Source: Candidatus Uhrbacteria bacterium
GTDB lineage: Bacteria > Patescibacteriota > Patescibacteriia > UBA9934 > GWF2-40-263
Length of the DNA: 64,000 nt
Direction of reading: 5' to 3'
Assembly (NCBI GenBank): GCA_016188425.1
Contig: JACPHX010000020.1
Span: 1,821 to 65,820, forward strand
Below are positions 51,559-62,049 of the stretch, piece by piece. The number at the start of each line of letters is the position of its first letter. Within the stretch, counting starts at the first letter, position 1. The position numbers and the translations under genes are program-made. The notes beneath the pieces are model-generated. The model searched no databases and was not told the origin of the DNA. It worked only from the letters and a program-made list of their open reading frames with translations.

Positions 51559-52191
51559 TCACGCCGACCGGCGTCCTCGGAGCGCATCTCCAAGCGTCAC
51601 TTCATCCGCATACTCGATCGAGGCGCCAATCGGCAGGCCTCGCGCGAGGCGGGTGACGCGGCGGCCGAGGGGTTGTCCGGCGGAGCCGGATCCGGCTCCG
51701 CCGGACAGGCGGCGGGCGAGGTAGAGCATCGTTGTTTCGCCCGAGGCTGTGGGGGAGAGGGCGAGGATGACTTCCTCAATGGCCGGTTCGGCCTTGAGAC
51801 GGTCTTCCAGGTCGCGCACATGGAGGACGTCGGGGGTGATGCCTTCGATGGGATTCAGCGTCCCTCCCAGGACAAGATAGTAGCCCTTGAAGACGCCGGT
51901 ATCTTCAAACGTAGCGATGTCACGCGATTCTTCGACTACGCACAATAGTCCTGGAACACGGTTTGGATCGCGACAGATGTCGCAGGGGATAGATTGCGAA
52001 AAAGAAAAACAACGCGGACAAATTTTGATGAGTTCCGCGAGCGACAGGAGGTGGCGCGCGATGCGTTCCGTTTCTTGCCGGGGCTGTTTCAGCAAATGAT
52101 AGACGTACCGCAAGGCAGTCTTGGGGCCAACACCGGGAAGTTGGCCTAAAGCCGAAACCACGTTTTGGATTGGTTCAGGAAAACGTCGCAC
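51559..52191 (-). CDS. recR: Recombination mediator RecR with a 10-aa palindrome-derived insert
   Basis: LPGVGPKTALR, C4 zinc finger, Toprim EE, RLARGLPIG. Confidence 0.95.
   Translation of the reverse strand: MRRFPEPIQNVVSALGQLPGVGPKTALRYVYHLLKQPRQETERIARHLLSLAELIKICPRCFSFSQSIPCDICRDPNRVPGLLCVVEESRDIATFEDTGVFKGYYLVLGGTLNPIEGITPDVLHVRDLEDRLKAEPAIEEVILALSPTASGETTMLYLARRLSGGAGSGSAGQPLGRRVTRLARGLPIGASIEYADEVTLGDALRGRRSA
51676..51705. repeat. 30-bp palindrome in frame in recR
   Basis: tccggcggagccggatccggctccgccgga. Confidence 0.9.
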
Positions 52192-52192
52192 A

Positions 52193-52495
52193 TCACATGC
52201 CAAGATTCTTTAGCATCTCCTGCATTTTCCCGTTGTTCTTCATGTGTTCGGCTATCTTTTTCTGGATGCCTTTGAGGGATTCGCTGATGGCGTCCTTGAC
52301 GCCCGCGGTGAGTTTGTTTTTGTCGTTCATCAAATCGTCCGCGATCTCGACGGAGACGACGTGCATGTTGCCGTTCATGGTGATCTGGACGCGGCCGCCG
52401 GCGCCGGAACCTGTTTCGCTGATTTGTTCCATGGTGCTTTGCATCTGCTTGGCTTGGGAGCGAAGGTCTTTGATGGCTTTGAGTTTGGAGAACAT
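52193..52495 (-). CDS. ybaB: YbaB/EbfC nucleoid-associated protein
   Basis: QAKQMQ...GGRVQITMNG; directly upstream of recR. Confidence 0.88.
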   Translation of the reverse strand: MFSKLKAIKDLRSQAKQMQSTMEQISETGSGAGGRVQITMNGNMHVVSVEIADDLMNDKNKLTAGVKDAISESLKGIQKKIAEHMKNNGKMQEMLKNLGM

Positions 52496-52511
52496 AGGAG
52501 AGTTAGTTGTT

Positions 52512-52628
52512 AGGGGGCGCAAGGGGAGCAAGTGGTCCAAGGGGCGCAAGGGGAGGAGCAGGGAAAGTCGACGCGCTTACGTGTCTATGTTCTCTGCGCC
52601 CCTTGGACCACTTGCGCCCCTTGCGCCT
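52512..52628. repeat. MITE-like ggggcgcaa element, copy 3
   Basis: Same arms as copies 1 and 2 with a shortened core. Confidence 0.85.
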
Positions 52629-52631
52629 GTT

Positions 52632-54116
52632 TTATACTCCGCCCATGAATCGCGTATCCACGGGCGGGGGTGCCATGTCTGCCGGGGCGCCGCCCATGAC
52701 GGGGGCCATTTCGTAGCCGCCGCCCTCCCCTCCATTGCCGTGCATGGCTTCGGGGGGTGGGGCGCCGGCGCGGCGGTCGAGGTTTCTAAAGGACGTGAGG
52801 CGGCTGTCGAAGAAGAGGCGCACCATGCCGGTGGGGCCGTTTCGGTGCTTGGCGATGTGGATTTCGGCCAGAGCCTTTTCTTCGGGGGCGAGGTCTTCGA
52901 GCTGGTAATTGCGGTCCGCGGCTTTGCGATAGATGAATAATACGACATCGGCGTCTTGTTCAATAGAGCCGGAGTCGCGCAAGTGGGACAAACGCGGAAT
53001 GGCGGGCTTGTTCAGTTCGACCGCGCGCGCGAGCTGGGCCAAGGCGAGGACGGGTACTTGGAGTTCGCGCGCGATCTGTTTGAGACCGCGGGAAATCTCG
53101 GATACCTCTTGCACGCGGTTCTCGCTGGACGCTTTCGAGCGGCCTTCCATGAGCTGCAAGTAGTCGACGACGACCAGGCCGAGCCCGTGCTCGGATTGGA
53201 GACGGCGGAGCTTCGTCCGCAACTCCATGACGCCCAAGCTCGCGGAGTCGTCTATGAATATCGGTGCCTCGGAGAGGACGCCCAATGCGTGGCCGATCCT
53301 GGGGAAATCGTCCTCGCGATCCGAGAGACGCCCTGTGCGCATCTTCCACAAGTCGACGCCTGCCTCCGCACAGATCATGCGGTCGACAAGCTGTTCTTTG
53401 GACATTTCCAAAGAAAAGACGGCGACCGGCGTCTTGCCCTTGATCGCGACATGCCGCGCAAGATCCATCGCGAGCGACGTCTTTCCGACGGAAGGACGCG
53501 CGGCGAGGATGAGGAGATCCGACTTTTGCATGCCTCCCAATAGGTTATCCAACTCGGTGTATCCCGTCGCGACTCCGCGCAACATCCCGCGGTTGCGATG
53601 CAGCTCGTCGATGCGCTCAAACGCGCCCGCAAGCACGTCGCGGATATTGATGAAGGTGTTTTTGAGGAAGTTCTGCGACACTTGGAAGAGCGTGCGCTCG
53701 GCATGGTCGAGCACGAGCTCCACGTCCTCTTCTTCCTTGAACCCCAGTTCGCTGATTTCCGCCGCGGCATTGAGCAAGCGCCGGAACGTTGCTTTTTTTT
53801 GGACGATGGCCGAGTAGTTGCCGATATGGGCCGCGGTCGCCACGCTGTTTGCGGTCTCGACGAGATACGCCCGCCCGCCGACGCGTTGCAGGAGGTTCTT
53901 CTCTTCGAGGCGGTTCCCCAGCGTCAGGATGTCCACCGGCTCATGTCGGTTGATGAGGTCCAGGATCGTCTCGTAGATGATGCGATGCGACTCCTTATAA
54001 AAATCTTCCGGGCGCAACGAATCGCCCACCCTGAGAAAGGCGTCCTTTTCCAGGAGCAAACAGCCCAGGATGGACTGCTCGGCCTCGATATTCTGCGGAG
54101 GAATTTTGTCGCGCAT
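52632..54116 (-). CDS. dnaB: Replicative DNA helicase
   Basis: PPQNIEAEQSILG, ARPSVGKT, DYLQLM, LRDSGSIEQDAD, KHRNGPTG. Confidence 0.97.
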   Translation of the reverse strand: MRDKIPPQNIEAEQSILGCLLLEKDAFLRVGDSLRPEDFYKESHRIIYETILDLINRHEPVDILTLGNRLEEKNLLQRVGGRAYLVETANSVATAAHIGNYSAIVQKKATFRRLLNAAAEISELGFKEEEDVELVLDHAERTLFQVSQNFLKNTFINIRDVLAGAFERIDELHRNRGMLRGVATGYTELDNLLGGMQKSDLLILAARPSVGKTSLAMDLARHVAIKGKTPVAVFSLEMSKEQLVDRMICAEAGVDLWKMRTGRLSDREDDFPRIGHALGVLSEAPIFIDDSASLGVMELRTKLRRLQSEHGLGLVVVDYLQLMEGRSKASSENRVQEVSEISRGLKQIARELQVPVLALAQLARAVELNKPAIPRLSHLRDSGSIEQDADVVLFIYRKAADRNYQLEDLAPEEKALAEIHIAKHRNGPTGMVRLFFDSRLTSFRNLDRRAGAPPPEAMHGNGGEGGGYEMAPVMGGAPADMAPPPVDTRFMGGV

Positions 54117-54187
54117 AGCTCCGCCATCTTAGCATCATCCCCCAACCGCGCCAGTGGAAAAGCTGTGTGCTATAATTTACATAATCT

Positions 54188-55351
54188 ATGCAAAGAAAAA
54201 TAGGAGGAGGGACGTTTTGGCGCGCGGTGGCGGCCATGATGGGCGGGGTGGTGGGCGTGGGGGTTTTCGGGCTCCCGTATGCGTTTCTGCAAAGCGGCTG
54301 GGTGGTCGGCACCATCTTATTGGTCGCGATCGGCTTTGCGATGTATCTCATGCAACTGATGGTCGCGGAATTGTGCGAGCACACGCCTGGCGAACATCGC
54401 ATCGTCGGGTTCATCCAACGGTACCTGGGGCCGTGGGCCGGGTATGCGGCGGTCGTGTTGTTTGCCTTGTCCGCGTGGGGAGCGATGAGCGCGTACATAC
54501 AGGTCGGGGGCGTGTTCTGGCAGACGCTGTTCTCGCCGTTTGTGGGCGGATCGGCCGTGGCGTACCAGCTCCTGGTGTGGGGCGCTGCCGCCGCGCTCAT
54601 CTTTCAAGGCCTGCGGTTTGCGACGCGATTCGAACCTGCCGTGGTGGGAGCATTCATTTTGCTTTTCGTTCTTTTCATCATCCGCGCGGCCGCCTCATTT
54701 TCCGCTGGCCGCCTTCCTGTTACCGATTGGACGGCCTGGCAAGTTCCCTATGGCGTAGTGCTGTTTGCGGTTTCCGGGTTGGCCGTCGTGCCAGAGATGT
54801 ACGCCATCCTTGGGGCGCAAAAACGCAAACGGCTTCCCGTCGCCCTGGCCGTCGGTGCCGCGCTGATCCTTTTTCTGTACTTCGCGTTCGCGGTTTCGGT
54901 TCTTGGCGCGACCGGATCGCACACCACTCCTATCGCCTTCGCTGGGCTTTCGACGCTCTTCAGCCCATGGTTCATTTTCGTTGGCTCCGCGATCGGCGGG
55001 CTTGCGACGTTTTCGATTTTTTGGATGGTCGGGTTGGAGCTGCAGAACACGCTGCGCATCGATTATAAAATATCCCGGCGCGTGGCCTGGATATATACCG
55101 TCGTCCCGCCGCTCCTCTTTGTTTTCCGATCCTCCTCGGGTTTCATCCAGACCCTCACCTTCGTCGGGGGCATCCTCATTGCCCTCTTCTCCGTTCTGCT
55201 CATCTGGGCGCACCTGCGGATGCGTGATACGGGCACCTGCCGTGTTTATGGCTGCTCGCGCATCCCCGCTTGGGTTTCCTATCTCTTGATGGCTGTTCTG
55301 CTCGTGGGAGCGGTGATCGAGCTACGTCCGTATCTCGCGGGACTTCTGTAA
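54188..55351 (+). CDS. Aromatic amino acid permease family transporter
   Basis: GGVVGVGVFGLPY; about 11 TM helices. Confidence 0.8.
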   Translation: MQRKIGGGTFWRAVAAMMGGVVGVGVFGLPYAFLQSGWVVGTILLVAIGFAMYLMQLMVAELCEHTPGEHRIVGFIQRYLGPWAGYAAVVLFALSAWGAMSAYIQVGGVFWQTLFSPFVGGSAVAYQLLVWGAAAALIFQGLRFATRFEPAVVGAFILLFVLFIIRAAASFSAGRLPVTDWTAWQVPYGVVLFAVSGLAVVPEMYAILGAQKRKRLPVALAVGAALILFLYFAFAVSVLGATGSHTTPIAFAGLSTLFSPWFIFVGSAIGGLATFSIFWMVGLELQNTLRIDYKISRRVAWIYTVVPPLLFVFRSSSGFIQTLTFVGGILIALFSVLLIWAHLRMRDTGTCRVYGCSRIPAWVSYLLMAVLLVGAVIELRPYLAGLL

Positions 55352-56164
55352 TTGGTGCGCCCTCAGGATATTCATGAGGAGGCAAGCGACCGTCATGGGG
55401 CCGACGCCACCGGGGACAGGGGTGATGGCGCCCGCGAGGGGGGAGACGGTCTGAAAATCTACGTCACCGACGATCTTCCCATCCACCTTTGTCGTGCCCA
55501 CGTCGATGACGATGGCGCCGGGTTTGACCATGGAAGAAGAGATCAGATTCGGCTGTCCCACCGCGACGATGAGCACATCGGCCGTTTTTGTTTTCTCCGC
55601 GAGAGACGGGTCGGTCGGAGAGAGGACGGCGGGGACGATCGACCGCTCGCGCAAGAGGGGAGTCAGAGAACGCGCGAAAAGTCTGGAACCTATAATCACG
55701 GTTTTCCCAGCATTCTGCGCGCCAGATTCAACGAATAGTTTCATGATTCCGAGTCCCAATGCAGAGGCAATCCCCGGCCTCCCTTCTTCTAGCGCCGCGA
55801 GGTTCTCGGGATGGAATCCATCGACATCTTTCCATGGGTCGATCGCGCCAATGATCGCGTCCGTGTCTTGGGAAGGAAGGGGGAGCTGTACCAAGATGCC
55901 AGTAATCTCCCCCCTCCCATTCCACTCGTTTATCTTTTCAATGATGTCCCCATCCGACGCATCTCCAAGAAAAACCTTCTTCTCAAACCGAATCCCCGCC
56001 TCTTCACACGCTTTTTGTTTCAAAGAGACGTATAGATGCGACGCCGGATCGTCACCGACTAAAATGACGCCAAGGCCAACATTCAGTTGCTGGTCGGCGA
56101 TGCGCTGTTTGATTTTTTCACGGATGCGCTGCGCCATCGCGCGGCCGTCCAGGAGGTGGGGCAT
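55322..56164 (-). CDS. folD: Methylene-THF dehydrogenase/cyclohydrolase
   Basis: LVQLPLP, KDVDGFHP, TPVPGGVGPMT. Confidence 0.95.
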   Translation of the reverse strand: MPHLLDGRAMAQRIREKIKQRIADQQLNVGLGVILVGDDPASHLYVSLKQKACEEAGIRFEKKVFLGDASDGDIIEKINEWNGRGEITGILVQLPLPSQDTDAIIGAIDPWKDVDGFHPENLAALEEGRPGIASALGLGIMKLFVESGAQNAGKTVIIGSRLFARSLTPLLRERSIVPAVLSPTDPSLAEKTKTADVLIVAVGQPNLISSSMVKPGAIVIDVGTTKVDGKIVGDVDFQTVSPLAGAITPVPGGVGPMTVACLLMNILRAHQLQKSREIRT

Positions 56165-56217
56165 AGATGGTGGAAGGATAACAGGACATTCAGCCGACTG
56201 TCGATGCAAGCTGCGGG

Positions 56218-57462
56218 TTAGTACATCAGGTTCGGATACAAGGGAAATCTTCCCGTCATCCCTTTTACCTCTTCCCGTATTTGTCTCAGTTTCGTCGCAT
56301 CCGACGCGTTCATAATTGCCTCATCAATCCATCCCGCAATCTTCTTCATCTCCTCCTCTTCCATCCCCCGCGTCGTGATTGCCGGCGTCCCCAACCGAAT
56401 CCCCGACGGATCCATCGGCGAGCGCGGGTCGTCTGGGATCATGTTCTTGTTGACGGTGATGCCTGCGAGATCGAGCGCCTTCTCGGCCTGTGCTCCTGTG
56501 ACTCCCTTGGGCGTCACGTCGATCAAAAGGAGGTGGTTGTCGGTTCCACCGAACATCAAACGATAGCCACGAGAGGCCAATTCTTTTTCCAAGATCTTCG
56601 CATTGGCTTTGATTTGTTTTGCATACTCCTTGAACGACGGCTCGAGTGCTTCTTTGAAGGCGACGGCTTTGGCGGCAATGACGTTTTCGTGCGGCCCTCC
56701 TTGGAGTCCAGGAAAGACGGCCTTGTCGATGGCTTTTTTGTGGATCTCTTTGCATATGATCATTCCCCCTCGTGGACCGCGCAGCGTTTTGTGCGTCGTG
56801 GTCGTGACGACATCGAAGAGCGGGACAGGATTATGCATCTCCCCGGCGGCGATGAGGCCGGCGATGTGGGCGATGTCGGCCATGGTGATCGCCCCGACTT
56901 CGTCGGCGATCGCTTTGACCTTCTCGTACTCGATTTCGCGCGAGTACGCGCTGTAGCCCGCGAGGATCATCTTGGGTTTGTGCTCGATTGCCATCGCGTG
57001 CAGATTGTCGTAATCGATGCGGCCGTCGGTGGTTGTTTTGTATCGGATGAAGTCGTAGATCTTCGCCATGTACGTCACGGGATGGCCATGCGTCAGATGC
57101 CCGCCGTGGGAGAGATCCATTCCGAGGATCTTGTCTCCAGGAGAGAGAAGCGCCGAGTAGACGGCGACGTTGGCGGGGGCGCCAGAGAGTGGTTGGACAT
57201 TGATGTGTTCTGCTCCAAAAAGTTGCTTCGCGCGCGCGATCGCCAATGATTCGATCTCGTCGATGAACTCACAGCCACCATAATACCTTTTTCCAGGATA
57301 CCCTTCTGAATATTTGTTCGTCGCGATCGAGCCAAGGGCTTCCAGGACGGCCTCGGAGACGAAGTTTTCCGAGGGGATCATCTCCAGCCCTTCGCGTTGG
57401 CGGGTAAGCTCGCGGGCGAGTGAAGCGGCGGTGGCTGGGTCGAACGCGGAGAGGTTTGTCAT
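56218..57462 (-). CDS. glyA: Serine hydroxymethyltransferase
   Basis: NKYSEGYPGKRYYGGC, GGHLTHG, TTTHKTLRGPRGG. Confidence 0.97.
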   Translation of the reverse strand: MTNLSAFDPATAASLARELTRQREGLEMIPSENFVSEAVLEALGSIATNKYSEGYPGKRYYGGCEFIDEIESLAIARAKQLFGAEHINVQPLSGAPANVAVYSALLSPGDKILGMDLSHGGHLTHGHPVTYMAKIYDFIRYKTTTDGRIDYDNLHAMAIEHKPKMILAGYSAYSREIEYEKVKAIADEVGAITMADIAHIAGLIAAGEMHNPVPLFDVVTTTTHKTLRGPRGGMIICKEIHKKAIDKAVFPGLQGGPHENVIAAKAVAFKEALEPSFKEYAKQIKANAKILEKELASRGYRLMFGGTDNHLLLIDVTPKGVTGAQAEKALDLAGITVNKNMIPDDPRSPMDPSGIRLGTPAITTRGMEEEEMKKIAGWIDEAIMNASDATKLRQIREEVKGMTGRFPLYPNLMY

Positions 57463-57559
57463 AGTGACGCCAGTGTACGCCAAGCTTGACAATAGGAAAA
57501 ACAATGAATAGAGTGTACACTCTTCGTGGTTGCACGAACGAGAAAGGAAGGAGGTTCAG

Positions 57560-58819
57560 ATGAGCACCTTGCAAACCTCTTCATCGGCGCCGTCCTCCCG
57601 GCGCGGGTGGACGATGCATAAGGATATGATGGAGCGCCTTCCTTCCGGAGGCGCGATCGTCACGGCAAAAGAATGGAGACAAAAATGGGATGACCAGCAG
57701 CTGTTCTCGCCGCCCGGCGGGTCGATCGTCGTTGAGGCGATTCCGTCCTGGAACAGCCGCGGCCTCCTGCGCCATTCGCGCGTGGGGAACACGGAGCTTC
57801 CGGCTGGGGGGATCAAGATCGTCTACGCCGATGAGGAACACTCCGTCGTGTGGATGGGGTCGTTTGGCGGCAAGCCAGCGGGTCTGTATCGGGTCGAACG
57901 AGGGTCGGTCTATTTCTTGGTGGCGATGCCGACGCTGCAACGTTCGATCGCGCTGTCTTCAGAGGCGGGCGGATGGGCGGCGGCCGGGTCGGTTCCAAAA
58001 GAGCCGCACCTGATCCAATTCGTTTCCGCCTACCACGCCCTCCTTTTTCCTCGCCGTCCGTTGCAGCAGACTCCCGTCTTTCGTGATGGCCGCCTGCTTC
58101 ATTTTCAGAAGGAAGCGGACGGGAACACGTACCTGCGGACGGTATTGCTTGGGAATGCAAAACGGTGGGAAGGACGGACGGGGGAAGCGAAGGTGGCGAA
58201 AGAGATAGCGGACAGCCCCCTTTTTCCGCTGGCGTTTTACGATGATACGTACGTCGCGGTGGCGGACCTGGGAGTGGAGGCCCGCTATTTCAAAGAGGCG
58301 GCTGCGGCGCGGATCCCCGGGAAACTGCAGGTGATCCGACGTTCCCCTATGGGAGTGTCCCATGCCCTGGTCACCTGCATGGAGGACGACATGCACGGAA
58401 CACGGACGTGCGTGCGCTTGAATGTGGAGAAGGATCCCATTCTTTCCGGACGCATTTTCCAGAAGACGGTTCTCGTCGCGTGGAGCCCCAACGAGCAGCA
58501 GGCCGCCATCGCGTACGAAGCGCGGACGGCCAAAGGCGTCCGGCAGTTCTTCAAGACCCCGCATGACGGCGTGGAGGAGATTCCAGAGGGCGTGAAGCTC
58601 ATCTCGTTCTTGCTGGGGGATAACGGCCAGGCGCACTCGCGGGTGTTCATTGATGCAGGCCATTTCTACGTGGAATTGCTTGGACACATTGTCGGCCCCT
58701 TCGATGACGCGCGGGATTTGCGCCATGAGCCCTTGGGTTCCAGCGTAAGAGTCTACGAGGAAGGAGCCCAGCGCGCCTATCGGATCCGCGCCGCAAAAGA
58801 CGATTCGCCTCCTAACTGA
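57560..58819 (+). CDS. Hypothetical protein, possibly a beta-propeller
   Basis: GGAGG Shine-Dalgarno; TTGACA-N17-TAGAGT promoter at 57486; VAWSPNEQQAA motif. Confidence 0.6.
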   Translation: MSTLQTSSSAPSSRRGWTMHKDMMERLPSGGAIVTAKEWRQKWDDQQLFSPPGGSIVVEAIPSWNSRGLLRHSRVGNTELPAGGIKIVYADEEHSVVWMGSFGGKPAGLYRVERGSVYFLVAMPTLQRSIALSSEAGGWAAAGSVPKEPHLIQFVSAYHALLFPRRPLQQTPVFRDGRLLHFQKEADGNTYLRTVLLGNAKRWEGRTGEAKVAKEIADSPLFPLAFYDDTYVAVADLGVEARYFKEAAAARIPGKLQVIRRSPMGVSHALVTCMEDDMHGTRTCVRLNVEKDPILSGRIFQKTVLVAWSPNEQQAAIAYEARTAKGVRQFFKTPHDGVEEIPEGVKLISFLLGDNGQAHSRVFIDAGHFYVELLGHIVGPFDDARDLRHEPLGSSVRVYEEGAQRAYRIRAAKDDSPPN

Positions 58820-59053
58820 TTGATCGGTTGGGGGGTATTTTTATGGCAATCGGTACGGATTACCCGCCGTCGCCCGGGCGGCTAAGGCGGGCAGGCGGAA
58901 GCATACGGAATTACGGAAGTACGGAAGGACGAATTCGGTTCCGAACGTACTACCCCCTTTTGAAGGGGGAAAGGGGGTTACCGTTCGTTTTGTGATTAGC
59001 GGGTGTTCCATGGTCTTTGACCTTAGCGTTTTTCCCTTCTACCATATTCCTAT

Positions 59054-60463
59054 ATGTTTACCTCGGTAAAACACGTCCATCTGATCGGCGCGGGAGGAAT
59101 TGGCGTCTCGGCGCTTGGGAAGTGGTTTTTGCGCCGCGGGGTGCTTGTCAGCGGGCAGGACCGCGTGGCGTCGGCCGTGCTTGATGATTTGGTAAAACTA
59201 GGAGGGGTCATGGCGGTCGCCGACGACTCGGGTCTGGAGAAGGATGTCGACTTGGTCATTTATTCCCCCGCCGTCACCCCGGAGCATCCGACACGTAAGG
59301 AAGCGGACGCGCGTGGCGTCCGATCGCTTTCTTATCCAGAGGCGCTCGGGGAATTAACGCGCGGCCATAAGACGATTGCGGTTACAGGGACCAACGGCAA
59401 GAGTACGACGACGTCGATGATCGGATTGATGCTCGAGGCGGCCGGGTTGGATCCGACTGTCGTCGTCGGCTCGCTCGTCCCCGGGTTTGTCGATGGGAAT
59501 TTGCGGAGCGGAAATGGCTCATGGTTTGTTGTCGAGGCCTGCGAGTACCGCGAGCACATGCTCCTCCAACACCCAACGATCGGGGTTATCACTAACATTG
59601 AGGAAGATCATTTGGATTATTACCGTGACATCAACCACATCCACGAAGCGATGCAAAAATTCGCAAACCAGTCGGAGGTACTCGTGTGGAATGCGGATGA
59701 TGAGATGTCGGGGAGGTTGGAGGGAGGAGGTTGGAGGGAGGAGGTTGGAGGGAGGAGGTTGGAGGGAGGAGGGGGGAGGATTTCATGCGGAATAGAGACG
59801 GGTGAGATACGGGCGGTTGACCGTCGCGTTGGCGCTGGTGAACAATCATTCGTCTGTCTGGACGGCACGGATCGTCTTGGTGAGATCCATCTGCAGATCC
59901 CCGGAGTCTACAATGTTCAAAACGCGCTCGCGGCCATTGCGGCGGCGAGCAAGGCAGGAGTGCCGTTTGAGGTGTGCCAGAAGGTGCTGGCGGACTATCG
60001 CGGCATCTGGCGCCGGTTCGAACGGGTCGGGACCTTTAAAGGAGCGCCGATCATCTCAGACTACGGTCATCATCCGACGGCCGTGAAAGGGGTCGTCGAT
60101 GCAGCGCGCGAGTTTTTTCCAGGACGGCGGATCGTGTTGTGCTTCCAGCCCCATCAGCATTCGCGGACGAAGGAGTTGCGTCCGCAATTCGCGGAAGCGC
60201 TGCGCGCCGCGGATATTGTCATCGTGCCAGAGATTTACAAGGTGGCAGGGCGTACCGAGAAGGAAGAACGTGAGATATCGAGCGTGGATCTGGTCGACGA
60301 CGTGCGTGCACTCGATGAGAACAAGAACATCCGCGTCGCCTCCGACCTCGCGCGCGCCGAGCGCATGCTCCGCGACCTCGTCACGGAGGGGGACGTCGTG
60401 ATTGCGCAAGGCGCGGGGGATATCGATACAGTCGCAAGGAATTTAGTAACTTCCTCCTTTTGA
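59054..60463 (+). CDS. murC: UDP-N-acetylmuramate--L-alanine ligase with a G-rich repeat insert
   Basis: IGAGGIGVSA, GTNGKSTT, EACE, DYGHHP, FQPH. Confidence 0.95.
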   Translation: MFTSVKHVHLIGAGGIGVSALGKWFLRRGVLVSGQDRVASAVLDDLVKLGGVMAVADDSGLEKDVDLVIYSPAVTPEHPTRKEADARGVRSLSYPEALGELTRGHKTIAVTGTNGKSTTTSMIGLMLEAAGLDPTVVVGSLVPGFVDGNLRSGNGSWFVVEACEYREHMLLQHPTIGVITNIEEDHLDYYRDINHIHEAMQKFANQSEVLVWNADDEMSGRLEGGGWREEVGGRRLEGGGGRISCGIETGEIRAVDRRVGAGEQSFVCLDGTDRLGEIHLQIPGVYNVQNALAAIAAASKAGVPFEVCQKVLADYRGIWRRFERVGTFKGAPIISDYGHHPTAVKGVVDAAREFFPGRRIVLCFQPHQHSRTKELRPQFAEALRAADIVIVPEIYKVAGRTEKEEREISSVDLVDDVRALDENKNIRVASDLARAERMLRDLVTEGDVVIAQGAGDIDTVARNLVTSSF

Positions 60464-60555
60464 AGGATGGATGGGGAGGTTGCCGTTCTGTTTGAGTCTT
60501 AACGCATCCCCCTTTTGAAGGGGATTGCGTCGGAAAATGTGGATAGTTTGAAACT

Positions 60556-61539
60556 ATGAATGACATTACATCCTCGCTTCTTTCTAGGTTCGGGACGCGA
60601 TTGAAACAAAACGAGCTTCTCTCCAAACACACCAACTTTCGCATCGGCGGTCCTGCTCGTTGGTACCTTGAAGCCAAGACGGAGGCGGATGTGATGGATG
60701 CTTGGAAGATCGCGCACGAGAATAGTGTGCCTGTATTTGTGTTGGGTGGAGGATCGAATACGCTCGCCCCCGACGAAGGATATCCTGGTCTCGTGATCCA
60801 GATCGCGATGCGTGATATCTCGATCGACGGCCAAGACGTCGTCGCGGACGCTGGCGCCTTGTCTGTTGCGGTCGCTCGGCAAACTGGGAAGGCGGGGCTT
60901 TCTGGGATGGAGTGGGCGATTTCGCTTCCGGGGACGATCGGGGGAGCGGTGCGCGGGAATGCGGGATGCTTTGGAGGGGAGACGAAGGATCGTCTCGTGT
61001 CCGCACGGGTGCTTCGTGAGGGCAAGGTGGTTGAGATGAGCAAGAAGGATCTCGATTTCCACTACCGCCACAGTTCCATCAAAGGAACGAACGACATAGT
61101 ATTGTCAGCGAAGTTTCATTTGGAAAAAGGGGATGCGGATGAGCTGCAAAAAAAGATGGAGGAGATTTTGGGGAAGAGGAAGGCTTCGCAGCCGATGTCG
61201 GCTGGGTCGGCGGGGTGTATGTTTAAGAATTGTGAGCTGGCAGCTGGCAGCTCGAAGCTGGCAGCGATGATCGAAAAAAAAATACCGTTACCAAACAACT
61301 GCCCGCTGCCCGCTGCCCGCTGCCAGCTTCCCGCCGGCTGGCTCATCGACCAAGCAGGCCTCAAGGGCCTCCGCATCGGCGATGCCCAGATAAGCGACGT
61401 GCATGGGAATTTCGTCGTAAACCTCGGAAAAGCCACGGCAGAAGATGTGATGGCCGTCGTCCACAAGGCCAAGGAGACCGTGAAGGAGAAGTTTGGTATA
61501 GAATTGGAGGAGGAAGTGCAGTTAATTGCCCAAGGGTGA
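60556..61539 (+). CDS. murB: UDP-N-acetylenolpyruvoylglucosamine reductase with a palindromic insert
   Basis: GGGSN, PGTIGGAVRGNAG, SAGCMFKN, HGNF, LEEEV. Confidence 0.95.
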   Translation: MNDITSSLLSRFGTRLKQNELLSKHTNFRIGGPARWYLEAKTEADVMDAWKIAHENSVPVFVLGGGSNTLAPDEGYPGLVIQIAMRDISIDGQDVVADAGALSVAVARQTGKAGLSGMEWAISLPGTIGGAVRGNAGCFGGETKDRLVSARVLREGKVVEMSKKDLDFHYRHSSIKGTNDIVLSAKFHLEKGDADELQKKMEEILGKRKASQPMSAGSAGCMFKNCELAAGSSKLAAMIEKKIPLPNNCPLPAARCQLPAGWLIDQAGLKGLRIGDAQISDVHGNFVVNLGKATAEDVMAVVHKAKETVKEKFGIELEEEVQLIAQG

Positions 61540-61627
61540 CAAGGGTCGCAAGTGTTTCAAGGGCACACGGAAACGATTACCCTTGAAACCCTTGCGACCC
61601 TTGCCGCTCTTGAAACCCTTAACCCCC
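61530..61627. repeat. 9-mer (caagggtnn) inverted element, copy 2
   Basis: Overlaps the murB stop; related to 47240-47328. Confidence 0.75.
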
Positions 61628-61632
61628 TCCCT

Positions 61633-61977
61633 ATGACTATCGCCTCGATCAAGAGTACGAACATGGACATGACGGATGCTATCCGTGGCTACGTAGAGAA
61701 ACGTCTGGCGTCGCTCGACAAAATCGCCGCTTCCTATGGGCCGGCGGTGGAGGTGCGGGTAGAAGTTGGGAAGACCACCCGGCATCATGCCAAAGGGCCG
61801 TACATGAAAGCTGAATTCACCATGGATATTCCTGGAGCTGTCTTGCGCGTGGAGCGGGAACATGAAGATTTGTACGCCGCCATCGACGAGGCGGCAGAGG
61901 AACTGAAACGCCAGCTCGTGGACCAAAAAGAAAAACGGGACGATCGCCATATGGGGGCCAGGCCGGACAAGGAATAG
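61633..61977 (+). CDS. hpf: Ribosome hibernation factor HPF/RaiA
   Basis: MTDAIRGYVEKRL...DLYAAIDEAAEELKRQL; upstream of secA. Confidence 0.92.
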   Translation: MTIASIKSTNMDMTDAIRGYVEKRLASLDKIAASYGPAVEVRVEVGKTTRHHAKGPYMKAEFTMDIPGAVLRVEREHEDLYAAIDEAAEELKRQLVDQKEKRDDRHMGARPDKE

Positions 61978-62049
61978 GATATACAGGGAGGCCAGTTGCC
62001 TCCCTTTTTTCTTTCCGTTCTTCGTGTACAATCTTCCCACAAACCACCT

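Noticed and set aside
52632-54116. Inteins in dnaB (and nrdJ)
   Set aside because: Lengths and motif spacing are normal and no intein terminal signatures were seen.
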